Assembly (NCBI GenBank): GCA_951406725.2
Contig: OX597838.1
Span: 25,544,001 to 25,608,000 of the forward strand
Source: Octopus vulgaris
Taxonomy: Eukaryota
Length of the DNA stretch: 64,000 bases
Direction of reading: 5' to 3'
Made by a program: the position numbers and the translations under genes. The notes beneath the pieces are model-generated. The model ran no database searches and had not been told where the DNA came from. It worked only from the letters and a program-made list of their open reading frames with translations. The first letter of the stretch is position 1, and each line of letters starts with the position of its first letter. This document shows, piece by piece, positions 37,864 to 50,645 of the stretch.

Positions 37864-38648
37864 CACAATACTCAGATGCTTTTGTTAGCTTCTGATTACT
37901 CGAACACCAATCTGCATTATAGTATTTCTTTTGGACACTGCTCAAAACAACAACAGCAGTCATTTTCCTTCTCTTCAACAATATGCAGTGAATGTTTCAA
38001 GTCCATACTTTTAATAATTATTCTCAGCTGCCTTGACTTAGGGTGGTCAAATAGCCATCAATTTCACAAAAGCTGACCACAGCATGGTGACTAACAGTTA
38101 CTGAGCATCCAATTTGAGTAGCTCTGGCTCAAAACTTACTTAACCTCAACTCTAATGATTGGCTTATTTCTTTTACTCATCATGACAGATGCAAGAATCC
38201 AATGTTGAAATTAAAGTATTTTTTTCTAAAATTTTCTTGAAAAATTAGGTGACATTCATTTTTGTAATTTAATTGGTACCGACTTTAATTGTATTATGCT
38301 AATTAAAATGTTTGTGTTTAAACTTACATCACCTTAAGAAAAGAGCGAAATGTTTACTTTTCATTCATAAATGGTTTGAATTATTGAGTGATTAAATAAA
38401 CAGAAATAATTAACACTTATTTATTGGCATACATTTGTCTTTAAATCATATAGATGTATGCCTATACACACACAAACACACATATATATACATATATAAA
38501 ACAATTGAATATATTATACATATATATGTGTGTATATATCACAACTAAATATGTTATATATATTATTGTATGTATATGTGTATATACATGCATGTGTTGG
38601 GGTGTGTATACATACATAATTGTATGTTTGTGTGGGTATGTATATGTC

Positions 38649-38698
<50 letters not shown>

Positions 38699-39329
38699 TA
38701 TATATTGTACATAACCCATCCACACAGAAATGGACATAGATAATTTAGCATTGTCAGATTTCATTCAAACTGTTGCTGGAGCACTCTTGCAAATTTGTCT
38801 GGTGGTCTGCCGATGCCAAATCTATAGCAGCAGCAGCTGTAGTCTGTTGCAGTAGCTACACTGGAATAATTCATGCTGTCATTGTAGCAACTACATCACT
38901 GCAACGGTAATATTACCACCCACGTCCTTGCTGTTGTTCCTTTTTTAATTGTTGTTCTTTTCCTTGTTTGTGGGGTATCAATGCTTCTCTTGGCCAAAAT
39001 TTTTAAGTCCTCAGCCTCCTGTTTCCTTTATATTCCTCAACAGAGTTTACTAACTCGACTGAACCACTTCACAGCAATTTCTAGTCAGGGTTTCAAATCC
39101 CTTGGCTTGCAGCTATCTACCCTTTCACACCTATACATACATATTTATATAATTATATCATCAATTGGAATTTTCTCATGAAATTATTTGTATTTTTTTA
39201 AAATAATTATCTTTTACATCTTTTATTTTGTTTAAAACTGAGATGATTTCATAAAGACTTTTAAGTACTGGGGGAAGGTGGGGTGGCTTTCATTCCTCCC
39301 CCACCACCATACAATAGCTTGGGTGTGGG

Positions 39330-40125
39330 TCAGCTTATCCTTCCATTCTTTTGAGGTCACTAAAAGTTCAGGGGTTGCCTAGATCAATATACTGTACTCA
39401 TGTCCCTAAATGTACTCAATTTAGAAATTATTATTATTAAAGCTTAAGGCAGTGGGCTGGCAGTCATTAGCACATCAGGCAAAATGCTTAGCAGCATTTC
39501 ATTTGTCTTTATGTTGTAAGTTCAAATTCCACTGAGGTCAACTTTGCCTTTCAGGTTTGATAAAATAAGTACCAGTTGAGGGTTGGGGTTGATGTAATGG
39601 ACTTAGCTCCTCCCCCAAATTTCCTATAGTAGAAAGAATTATTATTATTATTAAGGCGGCAAGCTGGCAGGATCGTTAGCATGCCGGATGAAATGCTTAG
39701 CGGTATTTCACCCATTGTTACATTCTGAGTTCAATTTCCGCCAGGTCAACTTTGCCCTTCATCCTTTCAGGGTCAATAAATTAAGTACCTGCTGAGTACT
39801 GGGATCGGTGTAATCGACTATTCCCCTCCTCCAAATTTAAGGCCTTGTGCCTATAGTAGAAAGGATTATTATTATTAAAGCTTAAGGCAGTGATCTGGTA
39901 GAACCATTATCATGTCAGACAAAATGCCACTAAGCATTTTGTTGCTTAGTGGCATTTTGTCAGTGTTTACTTTCTGGGTTCAAATGCTGCCAAGGTCAAC
40001 TTTGTCTTTCATCCTTTCAAAGTCAATAAAATAAGTACCAGTTGAACTCTGGGGTTGATGTAATTGACTAGCCCCTCCCCACAAAATCAGGTTTTGTGCC
40101 TATAGTAGAAAGGATGGTTATTATT
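39330..40125 (+). mobile_element. Head-to-tail array of ~4 family B SINEs joined by (ATT)n
   Basis: Repeated AAGGC(A/G)G..CTGGCAG heads at about 39446, 39654 and 39885, after ATT tracts. Confidence 0.85.
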
Positions 40126-40999
40126 TATTATTGTGTCTTCCAAAAGTACTTTGCTTATCTTCCTACTTTTCCACAGATATTAATTTATGAGTCTTGAGAG
40201 GGAGTATCTATCAAACCACTTTTTACTGTCTTTTAATTACGAAGGACATACTGGATACACTTGTTCCTTGATGCACTTGTCTAAATAATGACAGTGATGT
40301 TCATAGATAGACTGCTTTTGATCAAAGGTATGCTTTGATCAGATCTGATCTGAGACAAAATAATAGCAACATTTCTGTGACTCCGTTTCTATCCGTCCAT
40401 CTTTTCTGCCTACTATTTCTAGGAGGGATTTGGCAGGGTGGAGTCCTTAGGCACTTCTTTCATAAGGTCCTATCAAAACTAGCCATCATTATAATTTTTG
40501 TAAACTGAAGATAGCAGATTCAACTTTTTAATTTTTACCAACCACTTTTCTTCAGAGAAATGGAATCTTGAAGCTGATTCCATCTCAGTTTTATGAAATC
40601 AAAAATTTTTAAGCTCAAAAAAAAAAAAAAAAAATAAATAAATAAATAAATGAATAAAAAAGCAAAAACACTTGAAAGTAAAAATGGCTTATACCAAAGA
40701 AAATTCCCATTTGTTTATGTAAATATATAAATATATCATCCTAACCATGGCTTGTCATGTTTCCAGCATGTCTGTGTTCCTAACTTTTTTTGTTTTTTTG
40801 TTTGTTCCTTAATATTTGTTCGGTGTTGTCTCACTCAAATCTTTTTCTTTCACACTCTTCTCATTTGTTCATTCATTCGCTCATTCACTCATTATATAAC
40901 CGTTTATTAAAAATAATATTTGAAATTTCCAAGGCTGTTAATCTCATCTTTACTGTGTATATTTTACAATATTTTCAACATCACATTTTCACTGACACA

Positions 41000-41385
41000 G
41001 CATCCAGTCACCACAAATGGGGTTCCTCCAAAGGATCTCTGGACTAACATTACTCAAGTATAGTTCAGAGATCAGGGAGTCTCTCCATATCAAGCTGCTA
41101 TTTCTCTGCTTGGAGAGGTCACAACTCCAGTACCATGAACATGCCATTAGAATATTGCAGCAAAGAATTGCAAAACAAATTCTTCAAGCTGAATCAACAG
41201 GCAGGAGAACTAGGGGTAGATCAAGAACAAGTTGGTTGGATAATATCCATAGCTTCAACTGGTCATGCTCAGGAATCCAGCTAGAATGTGTCACGATGGT
41301 TCCTTCTGATTGTATCTTGAGGTACCTGTGGATTCTGCTCCTGTGACTCACCCAGGAATAATTATGGAGAAGAGGAATAAATGAT
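41000..41385 (+). mobile_element. 3' end of RTE-clade LINE
   Basis: MGFLQRISGLTL..SSEIRESL..LERSQLQY.EHAIRI...TGRRTRGRSRTSWLDNI matches the RTE C-terminal pattern (RSQLRWxGHVxRM...GxRxRGRPRxRWxD). Confidence 0.8.
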
Positions 41386-41589
41386 GGTTGTCTTATTCCT
41401 TGATGTACGTCTAGGCTGCTAAACTAAGAAGTTTTTGTTTTCTTATTAAAAGTACTAATGATCCTGACCATTCTACTTGGTTTAGATAAAAATATCAGGA
41501 ACCAGTTTTTGTATTAATGAATAACACATCAGATTGGTGATTATAGTGCTGATGTAAATATCATAACAAAAGGATAAAGTGTAGATATA

Positions 41590-41823
41590 CAGGGTTGGCC
41601 AAAAGTCAGCCGACAGTAAATCAAAATTCCATAAATATTTAATATTCAATTTTATTTATTCATTCCAATTATGAATGTTTAATAATTGAATGCTGTGAGT
41701 TAAAATCAGTTTTTTTTTCAACATTTGTCTATTTATTAGTGAAGTCTCATAAAATAATTTTTTGTTTTAATCTTGGAATTAAATGGTTTTGATTTATTGT
41801 CAGATGAGTTTTGGCCATCCCTG
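41590..41823. mobile_element. Tc1/mariner MITE
   Basis: TA-CAGGGTTGGCCAAAAGTCA...TGAGTTTTGGCCATCCCTG-TA. Confidence 0.85.
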
Positions 41824-42184
41824 TATAATGAGGTGGTGTAGATATATTATAATGGTGGGGGGGTGGGGGCATAGTGTGAATATAAATATTATAATGATGG
41901 GTGCTATAGTGTAGATATATATAATGAGGTGGGTGTAGATTACGAGGGGTGTAGATATAAATATTGTAAATATACACTATAAAAACCGAGGTCAATTAGT
42001 TTGGAAATTTACAAATTTATTGACCATAACTCATCTCAGACTTTTAATTATTTCTACTTGTTTAGTGTTGCACTTCTGGTTTGATATTTGCTGCTAATTG
42101 TTGTTGTTGCTTTTGTTGAACACTTTTTGTTGTTTTTCTTTAATATATTATTATTATTATTATTATTATAATAGTAATAGTTTA

Positions 42185-43710
42185 GTAGAATCATTAGAGT
42201 GACAGACAAAACATCTTGCAGTATTTCTTCTATTCCTTCACATCCTCAGTTCAAATCCCACTGAGGTTGACTTCACCTTTCATCCTTTCAGGGGCGATAT
42301 AAAGTACCAGTCGGTCACTGGGGGATTGATATAATCACCTTCCCTCTCCTCCCCTTTAAAATTGTTGACCTTGTGCCAAACTTTGAAGCAGTTATTAAGG
42401 CAGCAAGCTGGCAGAGCTGTTAGCATGCTGGACAAAACAGCAGCAGTTTGTCCAGTCTTGTGTTCTAAGTTCAAAATCCACCAAGGTTGACTTTGCTTTT
42501 CAATCTTTCAGAGTCGATAAAATAAGTACCAGTTGAGTACTGGGGTTGATGTAATCGACTTAGCCCCCTTCCTCCAGAATTGCTGGTCTTGTGCTTACAG
42601 TCAAATGGATTATTATTATTATTATTATTTCTCTTTTGCTCAGCTTCTAATGATGGAGATGTATTAAGGTGTTAGCTACCAGTGCACTGAAGTAACCCTT
42701 TATATTTCAAGCACCTTCCAGAGTAATTGAACTGTTCCAAATACAGGTGTCTTCTGCAAGTGCACCATCTGTATTACAACCTCTTTATGTTTAATGAACT
42801 TTTCAAGATCTTGACTTACTGTTCCTAGGGCTCCAACAAAAAGTGGTTTTACTATCACCTTTTTCAGTGACCACGACTTTTTAACCTCCCAAGTTATCCA
42901 GTCATATCTATTGACTCATTATTATTATTAGGGTCATAAGTCAGCAGAATATTTAGTGTCAGACAAGATGACTTGTATTTTTTCCAGCCCCTTACACTCT
43001 GAAAGGTCAGTTTTGACCTTCATTCCTCAAGGCTTGATAAAATAAGGTACCAGCAAGTAATAGGGTTGATTTAATCAACAAACTCCTTTCCCAAATTCAT
43101 TGTCTTGTGCCGTTCTTAGAAACAATAAAGGCAGTAGATTGACAGAACCATTAGAGTATTAGGCAGACTCTTGCTACTATTTCTTCTGGCTCTTCATGTT
43201 TTGAGATCAAATCCTGCCAGGGTCAGCTTTGCTTCTCATCCTTTCAATGTCAATAGAAGAAAGTATCAATCAAGTAGCAGAGTTGATTTAATTTAACTAA
43301 CCCCTTTCTTCGTGATTTCAGGCCTTGTGCCAGCATGTGCAAGAATTATTATTATTATTCTGCCAAAGTCAATTTTGCCGTTCATCTTTTCAGAGTCAAT
43401 TAAATAAGTACCAATTATGCACTAGGGTCGATGTAATCAATTTAACCCCTTCCCCCAAATTTGAGGCCTTGTGCCTCCAGTAGAAAGGATTATTATTATT
43501 ATTAAGCATGCCGGACAAAATGCTTAGCAGCATTTCGTCTGCCTTGATGTTCTGAGTTCAAATTCTGCCAAGGTTGACTTTGACTTTCATCTTTTCAGGG
43601 TCAATAAATTAAGTACCAGTAAAGCAATGGGGTCGATGTAATCAACTAGTCCCCTCCCCCAAAATTTCAGGCTTTGTGCCTTTATTAGAAAGGATTATTA
43701 TTATTATCGT
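42185..43710 (+). mobile_element. Array of ~6 family B SINEs with an embedded R4/Dong-like fragment
   Basis: Successive heads and tails separated by ATT tracts. Confidence 0.85.
42630..42917 (-). mobile_element. 3' fragment of R4/Dong-like (RLE) non-LTR retrotransposon
   Basis: Minus strand reads VGALGTVSQDLEKF...HLQKTPVFGTVQLLWKVLE, matching the (V/I)GALG...LQK..LLGTA.ILR.VL C-terminus; flanked by ATT repeats. Confidence 0.7.
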
Positions 43711-44162
43711 GAAGATACTGTATTGGCAGGATCAGTGGAGCAACAGACAGAACACTGTACTGATATTCAAGACGTTTTATGTTTGAAAAATTGTTCATAA
43801 ACTACAGTTTCCAGCTGCTAGATTTTCTCGAGGCATTTCTCTATCCATGGCAGTAGTCAGATACCAACTGACAATGTCCATGCAGTGGGGGTAACCCCCA
43901 AACTATTTAGTTTCAAAGCAGACTTCTTAATTACGTGGCCATAACTGCATGCACACACACACACACACACTTATTGAAAAATGAATGCAAACTGTAGTGG
44001 GAAGGGAGAATAGTGAATTAACCTAATAATTCTATATTTTAATTGTTAATTAACTAACTTACTAATTAATGTTTCAAAATTTTATGTAATCATTGGTAAA
44101 TATTTTGTCTGTCCATCAATCTATGTATCTATTTTTCTATCTACCTGTTCCTATACCTACTT

Positions 44163-44205
<43 letters not shown>

Positions 44206-44996
44206 ATAATAATTTAGAAATGTCTTTATATTTAATTTTTTTCATTTAGATTTATATATATTTTTTTCATTTATTCTCGCCTATTTTCAATGTTGCATGT
44301 AATTGTTGTAATTGATGTTGTATGCTATATATATAAATACATGCACACACATCCACTCACATATGCATGCACACAGCACAGTATACAATCGCTCACACAT
44401 GCACACAGATACACTCAGGCACAACATACATACCCATTCATACGCAATAAACACAGTACACACAGATGAGTAAATGAGAGAAGTCTCTACATTAATGCTC
44501 AGCATTGGTAGAAATAAGAGCCAAATCTCCTTAGAACTGTAACCTTGTGTCTTAACAAAAGGATGGACACATAACTAACTCCTGGATATGTGAAAAGATC
44601 AGATAACCATGATTGGAATGACTGGTTGTAGGCCTGCTTGATTTCAGTTGACCTGGGGTTAAATGCTTGCCAACATCCACACACATCCATATATGTATAT
44701 ACGTACATATACTCAAATGCAGACATTTACATGCATGTACACTTATACAGACAATTTTATGTAAATTATCAGATATTTTATTCATAACAAATTAAGTCTT
44801 TATATATATATATATATATGCACATGCATACAAAGGGTAGGAGGAGTTTTTGTCAAGGTGGCTCAAACTAATAGGTATGATTTCTGAGTGCTCAAATAGT
44901 TGTGCCTCTAAAATTCCGGTTTGAACAGCAATTGAAGTTGTGGTATGTGATTGTCTTGTTCAAAGAACTGCTAGAAGTGGCTTCCCCTTGAGTTGG

Positions 44997-45136
44997 TAGG
45001 TTAAAGTAGTGAGGAAAGGCAAACAACTAGGCAAGACTTAACAAGGACATTTAATTTTATATAAATTAGCTGCATAACAAATTGTCCTTATCATGTCTTG
45101 CCTAATTTGTTAGCCTTACCTAACCACTTTAACCTA
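44997..45136. repeat. Inverted repeat (~55-bp arms) ~310 nt upstream of exon 10a
   Basis: TAGGTTAAAGT...TAGGCAAGAC...AAGGACA pairs with TGTCCTT...GTCTTGCCTA...ACTTTAACCTA. Confidence 0.8.
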
Positions 45137-45447
45137 TACACACACACACACACATGAATACATGGAAAGCTTGTTTCTTTTATAAAAATTCATGCATACA
45201 TACATTGTATGCAATGTATGTTGTGCATTAAATATAAAATTAATCATGCAAATGTAGTCACACACATACATGTATATACCCACACATGCTCTCTGCATAA
45301 ACAAACATACACACCAAAGTCACCCATATACATACATTCTCATACATTCATATACCATACATATGCACAAACACACACACAGTATGTATTTTAAAAGTCA
45401 CCTGCTTTGTTTATATTTTATTTTATTTTGTTTTATTTTATTTTCAG

Positions 45448-45522
45448 AAAAAAATCATCATTATCGTCGTCGTAATTTTGTTACTAGGTCTTTTGATTGG
45501 TCTGGCCTTTGGTCTTAGCTAG
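45448..45522 (+). CDS. STX1: Syntaxin-1 alternative terminal exon 10a (TM anchor), KKIIIIVVVILLLGLLIGLAFGLS*
   Basis: Long U-rich tract plus TTTCAG acceptor; phase 0; KK followed by about 21 hydrophobic residues and a stop, the typical syntaxin tail-anchor layout. Confidence 0.88.
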   Translation, partial: KKIIIIVVVILLLGLLIGLAFGLS

Positions 45523-45849
45523 TCTTTCTTTGTGTCCTCATCTATCACGTCTATCTGCGCTCCTCTACACACTTCAATGAGGATTGCACCCGTTATCTGC
45601 ACTGAATATTCCTACGTCTGTCCGACAACCCAGTGGCTTGCTGTCAGGCAGGCAACCTACTTGGTTACATGGTTACCTCGAAAACAATGCTATGTTTTGT
45701 TTTGTTATGTTTGACCACCTCTGTCTGTCTGTGTCTCTTCTCATGTCTGTCTGTCTGACTGCTTGTCCCTCTGTCTGTTTGTCCCTGTGTCAATCTGTTT
45801 ACTATGCAATCATTTTGCATGATTGTACCTTTGATTGTTTTGCTGTGTG

Positions 45850-47583
45850 AGTGGATTGATAGAATTGAAATAATACCTTGTGGTGTTTGTTGTGGCTTTT
45901 TATGTTCTGAGTTCAAATCAGCTGAGGGTCAACTTTACTTTATATCCTTCCAGGGTTGATAAAATGAAGTACTAATCAGGTATTGGGCTCATATAATTGA
46001 CTGTTCCTTACCCTTTATAAGAAAATATTATTATTATCATTGTTGTTATTATTATCATTATTACTAAGGCTGAAGGCAGCAAGCCGGCAGAATCATTAGC
46101 ATGCTGGGCAAAATGCTTAGCAGTATTTCATCTGCTGCTACGTTCTGGGTTCAAATTTGCCTTTTATCCTTTCAGGGTTAATAAATTAAGTACCAGTTGA
46201 GTACTGGGGTTAATGTAATTGACTAGTCCCCTCCCCCCAAATTTCAGGCCTTGTGCCTATAGTAGAAAGGATTAATAAGGCAGTGAGCTGGCAGAATCGT
46301 TAGCAAGCTAAGCAAAGGGCTTAGTGGCATTTTGTCTGGCCTTATGTTCTGAGTTCAAATTCTGCTTTCATCCCTTTGGGGGTCAATAGAATAAGTACCA
46401 GTTGAATACTGGGGTCAATGTTATCACCTAGTCCCCCTCCACAAAAAACTTCAGGCCTTGTGCTTATAATAGAAAAGATTATTATTGTTATATTTAAGGT
46501 GGTGTGCTGGCAGAATTGTTTTAAGCACATTGGACAAAATGCTCAGAAGTATTTCTTCCAGTGTTTTTACATTCTGAGTTCAATTTCTGCAAAGGTCGAC
46601 TTTGCCTTTCATCCTTTCAGAGTTGATAAAATAAATACCAGTGAAGTACTTGGGGGGGGGGGGGGGGTCGATGTAATCAACCTCCCCTTCCTCTCCATAA
46701 CTGTTGGCCATGTGTCAAAATTTGAAACCATCATTATTATTTCTGATGTCATTAATGTACCAGCTGTTCTCTTCACTGTGAACTAAGATGGTATATTCTA
46801 TTCAAGTCTTGACGGCTTTGCAGAGACTCTTTGCAACGCCAAGTGATGCTGTTTTCTGGATGTGCTCTGTTTTCATTTTTATGCCTGTCTTTTTCAACCA
46901 GTTTTTAATCTCTTTGCTTATTATACCTAAGGCACCAACTATTATTGACACTCTATATACACCCTATTATTATTGCTAAAGCAGCAAGCTGGCAGAATCG
47001 TTAGCACACCAGACAAACTGCTTAACAGTATTTCTTCCCTCCTTATGTTCCGAGGTCAAATTCTGTGAAGGTCAACTTTGCCTTTCATCCTTAAGCACAG
47101 GGGTCGATGTAATCAACTAGCTCCCTCCCACAAAATTTCAGGCCTTGTGCCTATATTAGAAAGGATTATTGTTATTATTACTATTATGATAGCAAGCTGG
47201 TAGAGTTGTTTGCGCATTAGACAAAAGACTTAGCGGCATCACTTTAGATTTTCCGAGTTCAAATGCTACCTAGGTCAACTTTACCTTTCCCTTCCAGTTA
47301 AGTTTTGGGGGCCAATGTAATCAACAACTCCTCTTAAAACTGCTGGCTTTGTGCCAAAAGTTTGAAAGGATTATTATTATTATTATAGAAGGCAGTGAGC
47401 TGGTAGAAATGTTAGCACGCCAGGTGAAATCCTTAGTGTTATTTTGTCTGTCTATACATTCTGAGTTCAAATTCCACCAAGGTCAACTTTGGCTTTCTGG
47501 GTTGATAAATTAAGTACCAATTATCCTCCACCTCTCTCAATATTTCAGGCCTTGTGTCTATAGTAGAAAGGATTATTATTATT
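45850..47583 (+). mobile_element. Array of ~7 family B SINEs with an embedded R4/Dong-like fragment
   Basis: Heads at about 45850, 46074, 46278, 46497, 46978, 47190 and 47389, mostly after ATT tracts. Confidence 0.85.
46742..46947 (-). mobile_element. Second R4/Dong-like 3' fragment
   Basis: Minus strand reads IIVGALGIISKEIKNWLKKTGIKMKTEHIQKTASLGVAKSLCKAV*. Confidence 0.7.
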
Positions 47584-47687
47584 GGGTGATTGGCAAAATT
47601 AGATACTAAGTTGAAAGTTTTCTACAGTGAAATTTACCTGTCATCCTCCTACAATTGACTTCATCAACTGAACTCCACCTCACCCTG

Positions 47688-47960
47688 GGCCAACCACATG
47701 GTTCTGGGTTCAGTTTCACTGTGTGTCATCCTTGGCAAGTGTCTTCATCAGACCAACAAAAGCCTTGTGAATAGATTTGGTAAATAGAAACTGGAAGAAG
47801 CCATTTGTATGTGTGTGTCTACCACTTCCTGACAACCAATGTTGGTTTATGTTCCTTCATCAGCCTTTAAAAAAATAAGTACTGAGGTTGATTTGTTGAA
47901 CTAAATTCTTTGAGGTGGTACTCCAGCATAGCTGCAGTCTAATGACTGAAACAAGTAAAA
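47688..47960 (+). mobile_element. Family A SINE (degenerate)
   Basis: CCAACCACATGGTTCTGGGTTCAG...GGCAAGTGTCTTC...ATGACTGAAACAAGTAAAA. Confidence 0.75.
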
Positions 47961-48818
47961 TGATTATATATACACACGCTAGTATTAAGAATGTGGACAA
48001 CAAAGAGGGCTATGTACTAAATAGTGGATAAGATAAATTCTTGCTGTATTGGAATTATCTTCCATTAGAGAGAAACTAAACAAACACCTAATGCTGAGCC
48101 TTCCCTGCCCTCTGCAACCTCTGTCTCTTATGGCAGCTGTCTTTCTCCTCTCCCTACATCCTATGTATATATTTTTCTTGTATTATACCCACTCCCCCAC
48201 ATCTATATATCCCTGTGTTGCTAAAGTACGTTTTGGGGCTACTAAGTTGTATGATTGTGTGCATAAATGTATGTATGTGAATGTTTGTACTTGTCATACA
48301 TATGTGTATAGTTGTGTTTGTATATATAAATGAATGCCTATTGCTTTCTGTTGTCTATATGTATTGTATAATCACACACACACACACACAGAGATTTCTG
48401 TGTGTATGTGTATCTATGTAAATGTCATATGCATGTATATAGTTTTGTGTATATATATAAATAAATATACACATATTACACTCTGTATTGTATAGTCACA
48501 TTCTCATACACACAAATTTCTGTGTGTGTGTGTGGCAGGATTATGTTGCATGAAATTACCAATATAAATAAAATACAAATCTGGGGTGGGGGGAATCAAG
48601 ACTATAATTAAAAAGTAAATTCTAACGACAAGCTTGAAAAAAACCCCCAGAAAATAACCCCTCCCTACAACACTAAATGAATTCTTCCCTTTCCTTATTG
48701 CACACTACTTTAAATTATGTCAGCCAAATATCTACTAGAAGAAAACTTATGTGGAAACATTCTTGAAGTTAATATTCAGTGATCAATAACGAATGAGCAT
48801 ATACAGAATGCATTAGTT

Positions 48819-48992
48819 TATAATTAAAATGAAGGAGAGATAAAATTCAAATTGATGTTACAATTGTTTTAGCAATTGAACATTTTTATTCTATGCAACA
48901 TATATAAATGTTGTATAGAATAAAAAATGTTCATTTACTCTAAACAATTGTAACATCAATTTGAATTTTATCTCTTTTCCATTTTAATTATA
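48819..48992. repeat. Near-perfect 174-nt palindrome/hairpin
   Basis: AGAGATAAAATTCAAATTGATGTTACAATTGTTT is exactly inverted to AAACAATTGTAACATCAATTTGAATTTTATCTCT. Confidence 0.92.
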
Positions 48993-49175
48993 TATATCAT
49001 TATTCGCTCTGCGAAGCATATTTTATGCCTGTTGGATTTATGAAAGACTTCCGTTCATAATCTATTGGAGTTTAACTGATGTTTATTCAGTTAACTGAAT
49101 ACAATACGAACCAGGTTCTTACATGAAGTGTTATTGAGGTGATAGCCTGGACTATAATTACCCCCTCAAATGTAG

Positions 49176-49215
<40 letters not shown>

Positions 49216-49327
49216 GGTGGTTGTCTATTCCTTATGCAGAGTTTGACCACCTCCTGTACCTACACCTTAGCACCATCATGGCATCTGATGTGATTTTTTT
49301 AAACCAGACAATGTTCTGAAAAGACAC

Positions 49328-49364
<37 letters not shown>

Positions 49365-50182
49365 TACATACACACATAATTGTGGTTTTGCATATTGCAT
49401 ACATATACTCTACAATCTGCACCACTTTTTTTTAACAGAGGAGAGCATCCTCTATCTATCCACCCACCCACCACCAATTGATTTCCAGCAGAGAATCCTT
49501 ACCTCTTCTCCAATATCAAATCCTTCTGGATAAGCAAGAATATCTGAGTAAAACACCCTCCCATAACCTGATTATTGACAAGTTAAATTTGCTTTTTTTT
49601 TTTAAGGAATTCCATGCAGTGGGATTGGTGGTGGGGGGGATTGGGCATTTTTTAAGAAGAAAAGGGGTCATTTAAAAATAATATAAAGTAAAAAAAAAAA
49701 AGGTTTTTAATTGAAGAAATCCTTCCCCTCCTTCAATCTTTTCTCAAAATAAAAACAAAAAGAACAGCCTCAACAACGAGTACAGGAAAAGAAGACTTGG
49801 AGAGCAAGCAGGTAAACTTATGGAGAACATGAGTGAGAGAGATGGAGATGTTGATAGAGAGAGACAAGACTAAGTTTAACAGTTGAAACTTTGTTTTAGA
49901 AAAAAATCATTGACATTTTGTTTTATATATATGTGTATATATATATATATATACACACACACACATACATACGTGCACACACACACATATATTAGAATTA
50001 GTATACAGAAATGCATATATGCTTCTGTATATATATATATATATGTGTGTATAGCTAAATAAGCAAATGAAGAGGTGTATGTGTGTGAATATATGGATAT
50101 ACCCAAATTTGTGTACGAAGAGAGTGTGTGTGTGTATGTATATATATAATGATAATATATATATACATATATGCATATATAG

Positions 50183-50645
50183 GTACAGGATGTCACCAAC
50201 TGTAAACAACATGAAGTATGAAAATGCAAACGAGAGAAAAAATGGAAAACAGGACAAGTAACACAAAGAACAACCCTTCATCAGTTGTCAGCTGTCTATC
50301 TACCCCTCATTTCGAGCATTCAACAACAATATGAGTCTTTGGAGACAGTTGGGTCGTTCTTTGTGTTACTTGTCCTGTTTTCCATTTTTTTCTCTCTCAC
50401 TGTTTGCATAATCAACTCATTTGTTTTCATAATTCATGTTGGAAAACAGAACAAGTAATACAAAGAACAACCCAACTGTCTTCAAAGACTCATATTGTCG
50501 TTGAATGCTTGAAATGAGGAGTAGATAGACAGCCGATAACTGATGAAGGGTCGTTCTTTGTGTTACTTGTCCAGTTTCCAATATTTTTTCTCTCGTTGGT
50601 TGCGTATTCAACTCGTTTGTTTTTGTACTTCATGACATCCTGTAC
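50183..50645. mobile_element. Nested inverted-repeat element (two self-complementary halves that are also inverted copies of each other)
   Basis: GTACAGGATGTCA/TGACATCCTGTAC ends; GGAAAACAGGACAAGTAACACAAAGAAC occurs twice in each orientation. Confidence 0.8.

Noticed and set aside
38758-38910. Phase-0 50-codon ORF after GTCAG
   Set aside because: No pyrimidine tract; the region is better explained by a small inverted repeat
45847-45852. GTGAGT as a donor making exon 10a an internal cassette
   Set aside because: Poor exonic context (TGT) and it coincides with the head of a degenerate family B SINE
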